The notes beneath the pieces were generated by a model. It had not been told where the DNA came from. It saw nothing but the letters and a program-made list of their open reading frames with translations, and searched no databases. The position numbers and the translations under genes were made by a program. Of a stretch of 64,000 bases of DNA, positions 39,664 through 50,159 are shown in pieces (position 1 is the stretch's first letter; every line of letters starts with the position of its first letter). Origin of the DNA: an uncultured delta proteobacterium (GTDB lineage: Bacteria; Myxococcota_A; UBA9160; SMWR01); assembly GCA_963832165.1 (NCBI GenBank), contig CAWHTE010000005.1, forward strand, positions 36,850 to 100,849. Reading direction: 5' to 3'.

Positions 39664-40829
39664 TCTAGGCGGACCTTCGCGCTCGCTATCCGCTCGCGCT
39701 CGGGCTCCGCCCTACGCTCGCCTGCGGCTCGCTGCGCGTCGGCCGACTTTCGTCGGCCTCCTTGCTCCGCCCCCGCGATCCACCCCCCGCCGAGCACCAC
39801 GTCGCCGCAGTAGAACACCGCGGCCTGACCCGGCGCCACCGCGCGCACGGGCGCATCGAAGTGCACGAGCGTGGCGTCGGGGCCCGCCTCGAGCTGCGCG
39901 GGCGCACCCGCGTGCTGATGCCGGATGCGGACCTGCGCGCGCGTGCCCGCAGGCGGCGCCGCGCCCGCGATCCAGCGCACCTGCTCCACGCGTGCCACGG
40001 GCGCCTCGAGCTCGCGCTCCCCGCCCACGACGACGCGGTTGCGCGGCGCGTCGATCGCGGTCACGTAGCGGCGCTCGTCGGCCGCGATCCCGAGGCCGCG
40101 GCGCTGGCCAACCGTGTAGTGGTGGATCCCGCGGTGCCGTCCCAAGACGCGGCCCTCGCCGTCCACGATGTCGCCGTCGCCCGGCAGTGCGCCAGCGCCC
40201 GCGACGCGCTCCACCACGCGCGCATAGTCGCCGTCCGGCACGAAGCAGATCTCCTGACTCTCGGGCTTGTCCGCGGTCGCGAGCCCGAGCGACCGCGCGC
40301 GATCGCGCACCTCGGGCTTGGTCATCTCGCCGAGCGGAAACTCCACGGCTTCGAGCTGCGCCTGCGACAGCCCGAACAGGAAGTAGGTCTGGTCCTTGCT
40401 CGCGTCGACGGCGCGGCGCAGCCGGCGCAGGCCCGTGTCGGGGTCGCGGTCCACGCGTGCGTAGTGCCCCGACGCCACCGACTCCGCCCCGAACACACGC
40501 GCGCGCTCGAGCAGATACTCGAACTTGAAGCTCTGGTTGCACACGACGCACGGGATCGGCGTGCGGCCCGCGAGATAGGCATTGGCAAACTCGTCGATCA
40601 CCTCGCGCTGGAAGCGCTCGCGGTAGTTCGCGACGTAGAAGCGCATGCCGAGGCGATCCGCGACGCGGCGCGCATCGTCGGCGTCGTCGAGCGAGCAGCA
40701 GCGCGAGCTCGAGCCCGCGAGGTGCATCGTCACGCCGATCGCCTCGTCGCCGCGCTCCACCACGAGCGACGCCGCGACCGACGAATCGACGCCGCCCGAC
40801 ATCGCGACGACGACGCGGCGCGCGCTCAT
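39660..40829 (-). CDS. mnmA: tRNA-specific 2-thiouridylase
   Basis: AMSGGVDSSV, TPIPCVVCN, GHYA, KDQTYFL, ESQEICF, YTVGQRRGL, PGQAAVFY. Confidence 0.96.
   Translation of the reverse strand: MSARRVVVAMSGGVDSSVAASLVVERGDEAIGVTMHLAGSSSRCCSLDDADDARRVADRLGMRFYVANYRERFQREVIDEFANAYLAGRTPIPCVVCNQSFKFEYLLERARVFGAESVASGHYARVDRDPDTGLRRLRRAVDASKDQTYFLFGLSQAQLEAVEFPLGEMTKPEVRDRARSLGLATADKPESQEICFVPDGDYARVVERVAGAGALPGDGDIVDGEGRVLGRHRGIHHYTVGQRRGLGIAADERRYVTAIDAPRNRVVVGGERELEAPVARVEQVRWIAGAAPPAGTRAQVRIRHQHAGAPAQLEAGPDATLVHFDAPVRAVAPGQAAVFYCGDVVLGGGWIAGAEQGGRRKSADAQRAAGERRAEPERERIASAKVRLE
39668..39758. repeat. REP-like palindrome, GC repeat and hairpin embedded in the mnmA 3' end
   Basis: Minus strand GTAG-GGCGGA...TCCGCC (39715-39668); 24-mer repeat 39715-39738; GGCCGAC-TTTC-GTCGGCC 39741-39758. 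Confidence 0.65.
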
Positions 40830-41971
40830 GCCCGTGCCTCGCGCGCACGCGCCACGAGATCGGGCAGGCGCGCGAGCACGGAGTCGATCTGCGCCTCGTC
40901 GGTGCCGTGCCCGACGCTGAAGCGCAGCGTGCCGCGCGCCTCCGACTTGGACAGACCCATCGAGACCAGCACGTGCGAGGGCTCGACCGAGCCCGACGCG
41001 CACGCAGCGCCGGCCGACACCGCGATGCCCTCGACGTCGAGCGCCTGGAGCAGCAGCTCGCCGGGCGTGTCGAGGAACGCGAGATTGAGCGTGTTGGCGA
41101 GCACGTGCTCGAGATCGCCATTGCGCGACACGCCGGGCACCTTCGCCGCGATGCCTTCCCAGAGCCGATCGCGCAGAAGCGCACAACGCGCGACGCGCTC
41201 AGGCAGCTCTCGGCGCGCGAGTTCGCACGCGGCGCCGAGGCCCGCGATCCCGGCGAGGTTCTCGGTACCGCCGCGCCGGCCGCGCTCCTGCGGCCCGCCG
41301 CGCAGGAACGGCGGCAGCGCGATCCCGCCGCGCACGACGAGGCAACCGACGCCCTTCGGCCCGCCGAACTTGTGCGCCGAGAGCGAGAGCAGGTCGATCG
41401 GCAGCGCGCCGGGCGCGATCGCGTGCTTGCCCACGGCCTGGGTGGCGTCGCTGTGCATCCAGGCGCCACGCGCGCGCGCGAGTGCTGCGATCTCTTCGAT
41501 CGGCTGCAGCACGCCCGTCTCGTTGTTGGCCCAGATCGCGGTGACGAGCGCAGTGTCGTCGCGCAGCGCCGCGGCGACGTCGTCGACCGCGACGCGGCCG
41601 CTGCGGCCGACGCCCACGCGCGTCACGGGATGGCCCTGTGATTCGAGCCACGCGAGCGCGGCATCCACCGAGGGATGCTCGATTGCGGTGGCGACCACGT
41701 GCCGGCGCCCGTCGGGTCGCGCTGCGACCGCTGCGAGCGCGGTGTTGTTGGCCTCGGTCGCACCGGCCGTGAACACGATCTCCGCGGGCGCCACGCCGAG
41801 CAGCAGCGCCACGCGCTCGCGCGCGAGGTCGAGCTCTGCGCGCGCGGCTGCACCCTCGGCGTGGACGCTCGACGGGTTGCCCGGCACGTCGCGCAGCACG
41901 CGCAGCATGGCCGCGGCTACCTCCTCGCGCACGGGCGTGGTCGCGTTGTGATCGAGGTAGATTCGCATCAT
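40826..41971 (-). CDS. iscS: Cysteine desulfurase (IscS/NifS family)
   Basis: YLDHNATT, GNPSS, EHPSV, NNETG, SAHKFGGPKG, RGGTEN, GAACASG. Confidence 0.93.
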   Translation of the reverse strand: MMRIYLDHNATTPVREEVAAAMLRVLRDVPGNPSSVHAEGAAARAELDLARERVALLLGVAPAEIVFTAGATEANNTALAAVAARPDGRRHVVATAIEHPSVDAALAWLESQGHPVTRVGVGRSGRVAVDDVAAALRDDTALVTAIWANNETGVLQPIEEIAALARARGAWMHSDATQAVGKHAIAPGALPIDLLSLSAHKFGGPKGVGCLVVRGGIALPPFLRGGPQERGRRGGTENLAGIAGLGAACELARRELPERVARCALLRDRLWEGIAAKVPGVSRNGDLEHVLANTLNLAFLDTPGELLLQALDVEGIAVSAGAACASGSVEPSHVLVSMGLSKSEARGTLRFSVGHGTDEAQIDSVLARLPDLVARAREARA

Positions 41972-41986
41972 GGCCTTCGCTCCCGC

Positions 41987-42015
41987 ACCCTAACCGTGTG
42001 AGACGGGAGGGTCAA
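41987..42015 (-). promoter_or_regulatory. Putative sigma70 promoter of the iscS-mnmA-rnc-era operon
   Basis: TTGACC (42015-42010)-N17-TAGGGT (41992-41987). Confidence 0.45.
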
Positions 42016-43340
42016 TCGACCCCGGAGGGCCCAGCTCGCGCATCAGGTCCGCGAGCGTGCGGTCGCCTGCGCCCTTGCGGGCGGCGCCGTCGACCTCGTC
42101 GAGCAGGTCTTCCACGAACGCGCCCGTGCTGCGCCGATCTTCGGCCGGCTCGCGCGCGCCGCGCACCGCGGCCAGCGACGTCGCTCGCCGTGATCGCCTC
42201 CGCGGGGCGCCCGAGCTGGAAGCCCGGCTCCTGCCCCACCTCTGCGACGCGCGTCGAGAGGATGCCCGCGTCGATCAGCTGCATCGCCACCCTGCGGACC
42301 ATTCGCACGGGCACCTGGAGCTCGTCGGCGAGCTGGTCGGCCGCGGGCGCGGGCGCGCCCGCGCCGAAGCTGCGCGCGACGTCGAGCGCGATCTGGAGCG
42401 CGATCGCCTCGCACTGGGCCGGACTGGCCGGCTTGCCGTGCGTCTCCTGGCGATAGAGCGCGAAGTTCTGGTGCGCGAACGCGATCTCGGCGCCCAGCAG
42501 CACGATCGCCCAGAACACGTAGATCCATGCGAACAAGAGCGGCAGCAGCGCGAAGCCGCCGAAGAACACGTCCGCGCGCGCGACGCCCACGCTGAAGTTC
42601 ACGTAGACCGACTGCGCCACCGTGACCATCACGCCCGCGAACACGCCACCGATCGCCGCCGAGACCACGCGCACGGCGGCGTTGGGGAGGAACCAGTACA
42701 GGAACGTGAATGCGACCGTGAGCATCGCCGCGGGGATCCACGCGTTCATCGGGTCGGCGATGAACGGCATGGGCAGCTGCGACGCGGGCCAGTGTCGCTG
42801 CAGGGAGGCGCCCAGCGAGAGCGCGAGGCCGCCCAGCAGCGGCGCGACCACGAGCACCGCGAGATAGTCGGCGAAGCGGCGCGCGAAGCCGCGGCCGCTC
42901 GCCACGCCCCAGATGTCGTTGAGCGAGCTCTCGACGGTCCCGAGCCCGAGCACCGTGGTCACGAACAGCACCGCGCCGCCGAGCGTGCCGAAGCCCGTGA
43001 AGTCCACGCCCTCGATCAGCGCGCGGATCACGCCGGCCGCACCGGGCGCGCCCGCGGAGATCATCCCCACGAGCCAATCGATGAAGCTCGCGCTGCCGAT
43101 TCCGACCGCGCTCGCGATCGCCACCACGACCGCGAGCAGCGGCACGAGCGCGATCACCGTGAAGTAGGAGAGCGCACTCGCGCGCAGGAGCAGCTGGTCG
43201 CGAATGAAGCCCTCGCCGAGCATGATCGAGAACTGCAGCAGCCGGATCGCGGACAGGCGCGAGCGCTGCTCGGGCTCGATCTCCCAGATCTTGTGCGCGA
43301 AGAAGTCGCGGATCCGCGCGGGCCACTCCAGCACGCTCAC
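41990..43340 (-). CDS. YihY/BrkB-family membrane protein with C-terminal Rrf2-like winged helix (probable frameshift near 42175)
   Basis: ASALSYFT, ESSLNDIW, FLPNAAV, WAIVLLGAEI; C-terminal QLADELQVP..LIDAGIL..GFQLGRPAEAIT..DVL...TLADL once corrected. Confidence 0.82.
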
Positions 43341-43768
43341 GGCGCCTCCTGCCCTGATTCGGTGTCACCCGCGAGGCTATCGGCTTCGCGCGCGACGCGC
43401 GTCCCGAACTGGAGCCACGGCGCGGCGCGCCGCAGCGTCACGCGGCCGATCCCGTGCACGCGGCCGAGGTCCGCCAGCGACTGATAGGCGCCGTGGGCGC
43501 GCCCGGCCACGATCGCCTCGGCGCGCGCGGGCCCGACCCCCGGCAGCGCCTCGAGCGCGGCGGCATCCGCGGTATTCGGGTCGAGACCGAGCCCGAACAG
43601 CACGCGCGCCGGACCGCGCAGCGCAGCTCCGCCGGGCGCCTCACCGCACTGCACGCGCCGCGTGTGGCCGTCGATCGCCTCGAGCTCGCTCGGGTGCTCG
43701 CAGGCCTCCAGCCGATCGCCCGCGGGTGCGAGCGCGCCACGGCCGATCTCCAGCGCGAATAGCGCCAT
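43337..43768 (-). CDS. ComEA-like helix-hairpin-helix DNA-binding protein
   Basis: LDPNTADAAALEALPGVGPARAEAIV..LGRVHGIG; start uncertain, may extend to about 43816. Confidence 0.8.
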   Translation of the reverse strand: MALFALEIGRGALAPAGDRLEACEHPSELEAIDGHTRRVQCGEAPGGAALRGPARVLFGLGLDPNTADAAALEALPGVGPARAEAIVAGRAHGAYQSLADLGRVHGIGRVTLRRAAPWLQFGTRVAREADSLAGDTESGQEAP

Positions 43769-43812
43769 CGCCAGCCCCAGGCCGGCGTGGATCTCGCGCG
43801 ACTCGAGCCGTC

Positions 43813-45054
43813 TCAGCGTTCCGCCGCCGGCGCCGCCGCACCGGCCTCCACGAACGCGGCGTGCAGCGCGCGCACCGCGAGCTCGGTGTACTTCTCCTCG
43901 ATCACCACCGAGACCTTGATCTCGCTGGTCGAGATCAGCTGGATGTTGATGCCCTCGTCGGCGAGCACCTGGAACATGCGCGTCGCGACGCCCGCGTGGT
44001 CGCGCATGCCGAGACCCACGATCGACACCTTGGCGATCTCGGGGTCGCCGTCGACCGCCTGCGCGCCGATCTCGCGCCCGGTCTGGCGCGTGACCTCGAG
44101 CGAGCGCGCGTAGGAATCGCGCGGCACCGTGAAGGTCAGATCGGTGGCGCCGTCCTGCGAGAGGTTCTGGATGATCATGTCGACCACCACGCCGTCCTGC
44201 GCGAGCGGCGAGAACAGGCGCGCTGCGACGCCGGGCACGTCGCGCACCCCGCGCACGCGGATCTTGGCCTCGTTGCGGTTGTAGGTCACTCCGGAGACGA
44301 CCAGCTCTTCCATCACCTGCTCCTCCGGAACCACCCAGGTTCCCGTCGAATCGTTGAACGACGAGCGCACGTGCAGCGGCACGCCGAAGCGCATCGCGAA
44401 GCGCACCGAGCGGATCTGCAACACCTTCGCGCCCAGGCTCGCCATCTCCAGCATCTCGTCGTAGGAGATGCGCTCGAGCTTGCGCGCGCCCGGCACGATC
44501 CGCGGGTCGGCCGTGTACACGCCGTCGACGTCGGTGTAGATCTCGCACACGTCCGCGCGCAGAGCCGCTGCGACCGCCACGGCCGACGTGTCCGATCCGC
44601 CGCGCCCGAGCGTGGTGACGTTGCCGGCCTCGTCGATCCCCTGGAATCCCGCGAGCACGGCCACCTGGCCGCGCTCGAGCGCGTCGCGCAGCACGGCGGT
44701 GTCGATGCTCTCGATGCGCGCGCGCGTGTGGGCGGTATCGGTGCGCATGCCCATCTGGGCGCCCGTGAACGAGCGCGCGGGCTGGCCGAGGCGCTGGATC
44801 GCCATGGCCGTGAGCGCGATCGTCACCTGCTCGCCGGTCGAGACGATCTGGTCGTACTCGCGCGGGTCCGCGTCTTCGCCGCCGAGGTCGCGCGCGAGCG
44901 CCACGAGCCGGTCGGTCTGCCCGCTCATCGCCGACACCACGACGGCCACGCGGTTCCCGGCCTTCACGGTCTCCACGACGCGGCGCGCGACGTTCCGGAT
45001 CCGATCCGGGTCGCCGACGCTCGTGCCGCCGTACTTCTGGACGATCAGAGCCAC
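43813..45054 (-). CDS. lysC: Aspartate kinase
   Basis: [42 protein letters not shown] domains, STSEIKVS. Confidence 0.96.
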   Translation of the reverse strand: MALIVQKYGGTSVGDPDRIRNVARRVVETVKAGNRVAVVVSAMSGQTDRLVALARDLGGEDADPREYDQIVSTGEQVTIALTAMAIQRLGQPARSFTGAQMGMRTDTAHTRARIESIDTAVLRDALERGQVAVLAGFQGIDEAGNVTTLGRGGSDTSAVAVAAALRADVCEIYTDVDGVYTADPRIVPGARKLERISYDEMLEMASLGAKVLQIRSVRFAMRFGVPLHVRSSFNDSTGTWVVPEEQVMEELVVSGVTYNRNEAKIRVRGVRDVPGVAARLFSPLAQDGVVVDMIIQNLSQDGATDLTFTVPRDSYARSLEVTRQTGREIGAQAVDGDPEIAKVSIVGLGMRDHAGVATRMFQVLADEGINIQLISTSEIKVSVVIEEKYTELAVRALHAAFVEAGAAAPAAER

Positions 45055-45198
45055 GGGATGACTCCCATGCGTGCCGGGACCGGTGTTTCGGGTGGAGGAG
45101 GCGACGCTCGAGCGGGGCCCGTAGGTTCGCGCAGGATCCCGAGCCAGGCCACACGCAGGGTGGGCAACGACGAGAGCTTTGCCCACCCTACCGCCCAG

Positions 45199-47298
45199 AT
45201 GACGCCCCGGATCTGGCAGAGCGCCCTGGGCCACGTCGCCGCCGCCGTCGCCGCAGCGCTGCTGCTAGTCGCCGTAGGCCAGCCCCTGTTCACGGACGAC
45301 GCGTGGTGGCACCTCGCACTGGGCCGTGCGTTTGGCGAGCACGGGCCGTGGCTTTCACAGGATCCGCTGCTGATCGCACCGCAGAGTCCGCCCTCGGCCT
45401 CGGCCTGGCTGTTCGATCTCGCGCTGCACGGAGCTCACGCGCTCGCGGGCTTTGCGGGACTGCGTGCACTGCACGCGGCGGCGGTGGCCGCCGTGCTCGG
45501 TCTGGTCTGGTCGCTCCTGCGGCGCGCGAGCGGATCGGCGCTCGCCGCGAGCGCGGGCACCGTGATCTTCATCGCGCTGTCGACCTATCGCCTGGCCCAG
45601 CTGCGCCCCGATCTGGTCACGATCGCCTTCTCCCTTGGGCTCTACCGGGCACTGATCGACACCGAGCGACCGCCGTCACTCGCGCGCATCGCTTCGTGCG
45701 CCGCGTTGTTCGCGCTGTGGGCGAACGCGCACGCGGCGTTTCCGGTCGGCCTGCTCTTGCTGGGCGCCGCCGCGTTCGCCGCGGGCGTCAGCGCGATCGC
45801 AACGGGCGAGGAGTCCGAGAAGGCTCGCGCGCGCCGGCTCGGCGCGGCCTGGTTGGCCGGGCTCGCGGCGACGCTGTGCAACCCGATCGGCGTCCGCGCC
45901 TATGCGGCCTGGTTCGCGGCCGGGACGAGCACGCCATCGCTCACACGAGTGCTCGACGAGTGGTCCCCCGTGAATCCGTTGGCGTGGCCCCAGCCGACGC
46001 TCCCGCCCACCCCCGTCGCGTGGTTCCTCGTCTGGGGTCTGCTCGTGGGTACCGCGCTGCTCGTGCCGCGCGCGATCGCATCGCTGCGCGCAGGAGCGCG
46101 CGCGGATCGCATCGACCCGGCCGCCGTGGGTGCGGCCGCGATCTCGCTCGCGCTGATGCTCGCCGCGTCGCGCTTCCTCTGGCTCGGCGTGTTCCCGCTG
46201 CTGCTCCTCGCACGCGCGCTGCGCGGCACCGCGCGCGGAAACTGGGTACTCGCGCTCGCGCCCGCGCTGTGTACGGCGCTCTTCCTGCGCTGGGGCGACT
46301 GGCCGCTCGTAACCCGCGCGCTGCCGCGAACCCTCGAGGGTTATGCAGCGCCCTACGCGGCCGGAAAGTACTACCCGGAGGCGGTCTGGCTCGCGCGCGA
46401 TGCGGGTCTCGAGGGCGGACTCTATTGCGACTACTTCCAGGCCGGCTTCGCGGGCTACTGGCTCGCGCCGCGCATCCGCACGCTCACCAACGGCACGCTC
46501 AACGTCCCCACCGCGACCTTGAGCGCAGCCGCCGCGATCGGAATCCGCCGCGGCGTCGAGCCCGGCGAGACCTTCGCTGCGCTGCTCGATCGCTCCGGCA
46601 TCGATCTGTTCCTGGGCATCCGTCTGCCCGAGACCGGCAATCCCTACCGGCCCTGGGTATCCACCACGGCGCACCTCGAGGACACGCCGGGCTGGATCCC
46701 CGTGTTCCGGAACCTCGGCGCCGCGCTCTATCTGCGCAGCAATGAGCGCAACCGCGAGAACCTCGCCCGCATCGCGCAGTACTACGCCTCGCAGTACGTG
46801 CCGTTCGATCCCGCGCGCGGCTTCGAGCCGCTCGCGGCGATCCGCGCCGCCCCGGACTGGGCGCGCGACCACGGTCTCATGCCCGAGGGCTTCGGTGCCC
46901 TCGATCACGTCGCGCGCACGGGAGCGGGTGAGAGCGCTGCGCTCGCGCGCGATCGCATCGCCGCGATCTACGCCTCGCTCGGAGCCTATGCCGAGGCATC
47001 GGCGCTCGACCGCGAGATCCTGCGCGAGCGGCCGCAGGCCGTGCGCGCGCGTCGCCGCCTCGCGTGGAACCTGCTCCATCTGGAGCGCTACGCCGAAGCC
47101 CAGGAAGCGGCGGCGGGCCTAGCGGATCGCCCCAAGGACGATGCGCTCTCGCACGCGATCGCGCGCGCGGCGCACAACCTCGGCGCGTTCGAGCCCGACG
47201 AGGCGCGTGCGCGGCTGGCGCTCCTGCCCGCGTTCGAACGCTCGGAGGTGCCGTGGCTCCTCGCGGGCGTGCCGCCCGCGCAGGCGCGCACGCGATAG
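45199..47298 (+). CDS. Polytopic membrane protein (GT-C-like) with C-terminal TPR-like region
   Basis: [35 protein letters not shown]; many TM segments. Confidence 0.65.
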   Translation: MTPRIWQSALGHVAAAVAAALLLVAVGQPLFTDDAWWHLALGRAFGEHGPWLSQDPLLIAPQSPPSASAWLFDLALHGAHALAGFAGLRALHAAAVAAVLGLVWSLLRRASGSALAASAGTVIFIALSTYRLAQLRPDLVTIAFSLGLYRALIDTERPPSLARIASCAALFALWANAHAAFPVGLLLLGAAAFAAGVSAIATGEESEKARARRLGAAWLAGLAATLCNPIGVRAYAAWFAAGTSTPSLTRVLDEWSPVNPLAWPQPTLPPTPVAWFLVWGLLVGTALLVPRAIASLRAGARADRIDPAAVGAAAISLALMLAASRFLWLGVFPLLLLARALRGTARGNWVLALAPALCTALFLRWGDWPLVTRALPRTLEGYAAPYAAGKYYPEAVWLARDAGLEGGLYCDYFQAGFAGYWLAPRIRTLTNGTLNVPTATLSAAAAIGIRRGVEPGETFAALLDRSGIDLFLGIRLPETGNPYRPWVSTTAHLEDTPGWIPVFRNLGAALYLRSNERNRENLARIAQYYASQYVPFDPARGFEPLAAIRAAPDWARDHGLMPEGFGALDHVARTGAGESAALARDRIAAIYASLGAYAEASALDREILRERPQAVRARRRLAWNLLHLERYAEAQEAAAGLADRPKDDALSHAIARAAHNLGAFEPDEARARLALLPAFERSEVPWLLAGVPPAQARTR

Positions 47299-47340
47299 CG
47301 GCGGGCCACCTGCGTCGGGCCCGCGTGATAGGATGAGTCC

Positions 47341-48093
47341 GTGACCGACACCCGCGTGCAATTACGCGCTGGGATCGTGGGCCGCGCCGCGCTGCTGGCC
47401 GCCGCGATCGCGCTGATCTCCGGATGCGCCGCCCCGCGCAACCACCTGTACCGCAGGAGCGCCGCGGACTTCGAGCGCGCGATCGTGCTGCCGCTGAACC
47501 TCGTGTCGAAGATGCCCGGCGAGCTGATCGACTCGGCCCGGTACGTCGACCGGGCGCTGCTCGACTACCTCGCCCAGCACGGAAAGGCCGTCGAGGCGAT
47601 CGGATTCTCCGACGCGAGCGCCGCCTGGCGCGCGAGCGAGGCGGAGTGCCGCTCGCAGGGCAAGAAGGACTGCAATCGCTTCGCGGGCGTCGCGCGCTTC
47701 ATGGCACAGCATCTGCGCCGCGATCGCGACTTTCAGATCCTGATCATTCCCTATCTATTCGTGCGCAGCTCGCGGATGGCATCGGGCCTCTCGCGCTGGC
47801 ACGGCGTCGAGCGAACCGTCGAGCGCGTGGGCAAGGGTTATGCCGCCGACACACCTCCGCGGCAGCTGCGCGGCGACATCCGCGCGGCCTCGCTCAAGGT
47901 GTTCGCGTTCTCCGCCGAGGGCGAGCGCGTGTTCGAAGGCGTCGGCGGGCTCGAGCTCGTCGACCGCCTGTACGCGCCCGAGGGCTACACGGACTACGAC
48001 GTCGAGCTCCGCGACGACCTGTTCCAGCACCCCGAGCCGCTCCGCGAGGGCGTCGCTCTCGCGCTCGAACATCTCGTGCCCCAGGGCTCGTAG
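47341..48093 (+). CDS. Hypothetical lipoprotein
   Basis: ISGC lipobox after a hydrophobic stretch; typical codon usage. Confidence 0.65.
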   Translation: MTDTRVQLRAGIVGRAALLAAAIALISGCAAPRNHLYRRSAADFERAIVLPLNLVSKMPGELIDSARYVDRALLDYLAQHGKAVEAIGFSDASAAWRASEAECRSQGKKDCNRFAGVARFMAQHLRRDRDFQILIIPYLFVRSSRMASGLSRWHGVERTVERVGKGYAADTPPRQLRGDIRAASLKVFAFSAEGERVFEGVGGLELVDRLYAPEGYTDYDVELRDDLFQHPEPLREGVALALEHLVPQGS

Positions 48094-48097
48094 CGGC

Positions 48098-48589
48098 TCA
48101 CCCCTCGACCATCGGTTGAAGCTCCGCGCGCCACCGCGCGAGCAGTGCGGCGGCGTTCGGTCCGCGCGCTTCCATCTCGAGCTCGCGTTCACTCTCCGCG
48201 CCGCCGCGCGCGAGGCGGATCTCGAGCCGATCGGCCGGCCACGCGCCCGGCGCGCGCTCGGGCCATTCCGCCACCACGAGCGCACCCGGCGCGAGCCAGT
48301 CCAGAAGGCCCGCCGACTCGAGCTCGGCCTCGCTCCCGATCCGGTAGCAGTCGACGTGCACGAGTGCGCGGCCGCTCGCGAGCGGGATCTCCTGAGCCAG
48401 CACGAAGGTCGGGCTCTGCACCCGATCCGGATCGATACCGAGCCCGGACGCGAGCCCCTTCACGAAGCGCGTCTTGCCGGCGCCGAGCGGACCCGAGAGC
48501 AACACGATCGCGCCCGCCGCGTCGATCGCGCGCGCGAGCGCGGCCGCGAGCCGCTCTGTGGCCTCAGGGCTCGGGGAATGCAGCTGCAA
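48098..48589 (-). CDS. tsaE: tRNA threonylcarbamoyladenosine biosynthesis ATPase
   Basis: GPLGAGKT, SPTF, HVDCYR, EWPE; follows nnr. Confidence 0.93.
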   Translation of the reverse strand: MQLHSPSPEATERLAAALARAIDAAGAIVLLSGPLGAGKTRFVKGLASGLGIDPDRVQSPTFVLAQEIPLASGRALVHVDCYRIGSEAELESAGLLDWLAPGALVVAEWPERAPGAWPADRLEIRLARGGAESERELEMEARGPNAAALLARWRAELQPMVEG

Positions 48590-50159
48590 GCTCGCGCTCG
48601 AACGGCGCGGGTACGGGCGTGTCGCGCAGCGCCGTGATCACGGCGGGCAGCGCGGTCAGGAGCTCGTGGGCGAGCAGACCCGTGTCGCCACGGCGCGCCG
48701 CGATGCGATCGCCCGCGGCACCGTGCAGGAACGCGCCGAGCGCACCCGCGCGCAGCGCGTCGACACCCTGCGCGAGCAGCCCCGTGATGATGCCGAGCAA
48801 CACGTCGCCGGTGCCGCCGCTCGCGAGCGCGGGACCGCCGGTCGGGTTCACGATCAGCTCGCCGTCGGGCGACGCCACCGCGGTGCCTGCCCCCTTGAGC
48901 ACGACCACGGCACCGCTGCGCGCGGCCAGCTCACGCGCGGCGCTCGCGCGATCCGCGTTCACCTGGCCCGCCTTCACGCCGAGCACCACGGCCGCTTCTC
49001 CCGGATGCGGCGTGAGCACGGTCGGCGCGCGCCGGCTGCGCAGCAGATCGAGCTCGCCCGCGAAAGCCACGACGCCGTCGGCATCCACCGCGAGCGGCAG
49101 ATCGAGCCGCTTCGCGAGCGCACGCACGAGACCCGTGGTTTCGCGCGCGCGGCCGATCCCGGGTCCGAGACCCACCGCATCGCGCGTGGCCGCGAGCGCG
49201 ACGATCCCCTCCTCGGCGGCCGCCGCGAAGCAACGCGCGCCGGTGTCGGGCAGCGGCGCGGTCATCGCCTCGGTGACCTTCGCCTCGAGGATGTCGTTGA
49301 GCCCGGCCGGACACGCGAGCGTCACGAGGCCCGCGCCGACGCGCCCCGCCCCTTCCGCGCACAGCGCCGCCGCACCGGTCTTGCCCTCGGAGCCGGCGAC
49401 GAGCAGCGCGTGGCCGAAGGTTCCCTTGTGCGCGTCCGCGGGTCGCGCGGGCAGCGCCGCAGCCGCGCCCGCGCGCGTCCACAGCGTCGCGTCGAGCCGC
49501 AGGTCGGGGGCCGCATCGGCAATGCCGATCCGCGCCACGAAGATGCGTCCCGCGAGTCCGCGCCCCGGCTCGAACGCGAGGCCGAGCTTGGGCAGCCCGA
49601 TCGTCACCGTGACGTCTGCGGCCACGGCGGCGCCTAGCACCTGTCCCGTATCCGCGGACAGCCCGCTCGGCAGATCCACCGCGACCACGCGGATCGCATC
49701 CGGCCGCGCACTGCGCGCCGCGTTGATCCGCTGCACGCTCGCGCGCGCGTCGCCCGAGAGCGCGCGCGCCAGACCCGTGCCGAACAGCGCGTCGACGATC
49801 ACGCCCGCTGCCGGGGCGCGCCAGCGCTTGCCTTCGAGCGGTACGCCCGCCGCACGCGCGCGCGCGAGCTGCGGGGCGGCGTCGCCGGACAGACGCTCGC
49901 TGAGCAACGCCGCGCGCACGGGCACACCGAGCGCGTGCAGGTGGCGCGCCACGACGAGTCCATCGCCGCCGTTGTTCCCGGGCCCGCACACGACACACAC
50001 GCTTTCGCCGGGCGAGAGGCGCGCGAGCACGGCCTGCACCACGGCGCGCCCCGCGCTCTCCATGAGCACGTCACCGGGTACGCCGAGCTCGTCGATCGTG
50101 TGCCGGTCGAGCGCCCGCATCTGTGCGGCGCTGACGAGCGGCCACACAGCACGCGTCAC
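48564..50159 (-). CDS. nnr: Bifunctional NAD(P)H-hydrate epimerase/dehydratase
   Basis: LMESAG, GPGNNGGDG, DALFGTG, DLPSG, HKGTFG, LTPHPGE, GGTGDVL. Confidence 0.95.
   Translation of the reverse strand: MTRAVWPLVSAAQMRALDRHTIDELGVPGDVLMESAGRAVVQAVLARLSPGESVCVVCGPGNNGGDGLVVARHLHALGVPVRAALLSERLSGDAAPQLARARAAGVPLEGKRWRAPAAGVIVDALFGTGLARALSGDARASVQRINAARSARPDAIRVVAVDLPSGLSADTGQVLGAAVAADVTVTIGLPKLGLAFEPGRGLAGRIFVARIGIADAAPDLRLDATLWTRAGAAAALPARPADAHKGTFGHALLVAGSEGKTGAAALCAEGAGRVGAGLVTLACPAGLNDILEAKVTEAMTAPLPDTGARCFAAAAEEGIVALAATRDAVGLGPGIGRARETTGLVRALAKRLDLPLAVDADGVVAFAGELDLLRSRRAPTVLTPHPGEAAVVLGVKAGQVNADRASAARELAARSGAVVVLKGAGTAVASPDGELIVNPTGGPALASGGTGDVLLGIITGLLAQGVDALRAGALGAFLHGAAGDRIAARRGDTGLLAHELLTALPAVITALRDTPVPAPFERELAAAFPEP

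Noticed and set aside
41969-41982. 14-mer CATGGCCTTCGCTC shared by the iscS start and 18008-18021 upstream of meaB
   Set aside because: The ATG is out of frame with meaB; likely a fragment of the dispersed GC repeat or chance
45055-45198. Lysine riboswitch upstream of lysC
   Set aside because: Only 144 bp, shared with a divergent gene; no L-box features recognised
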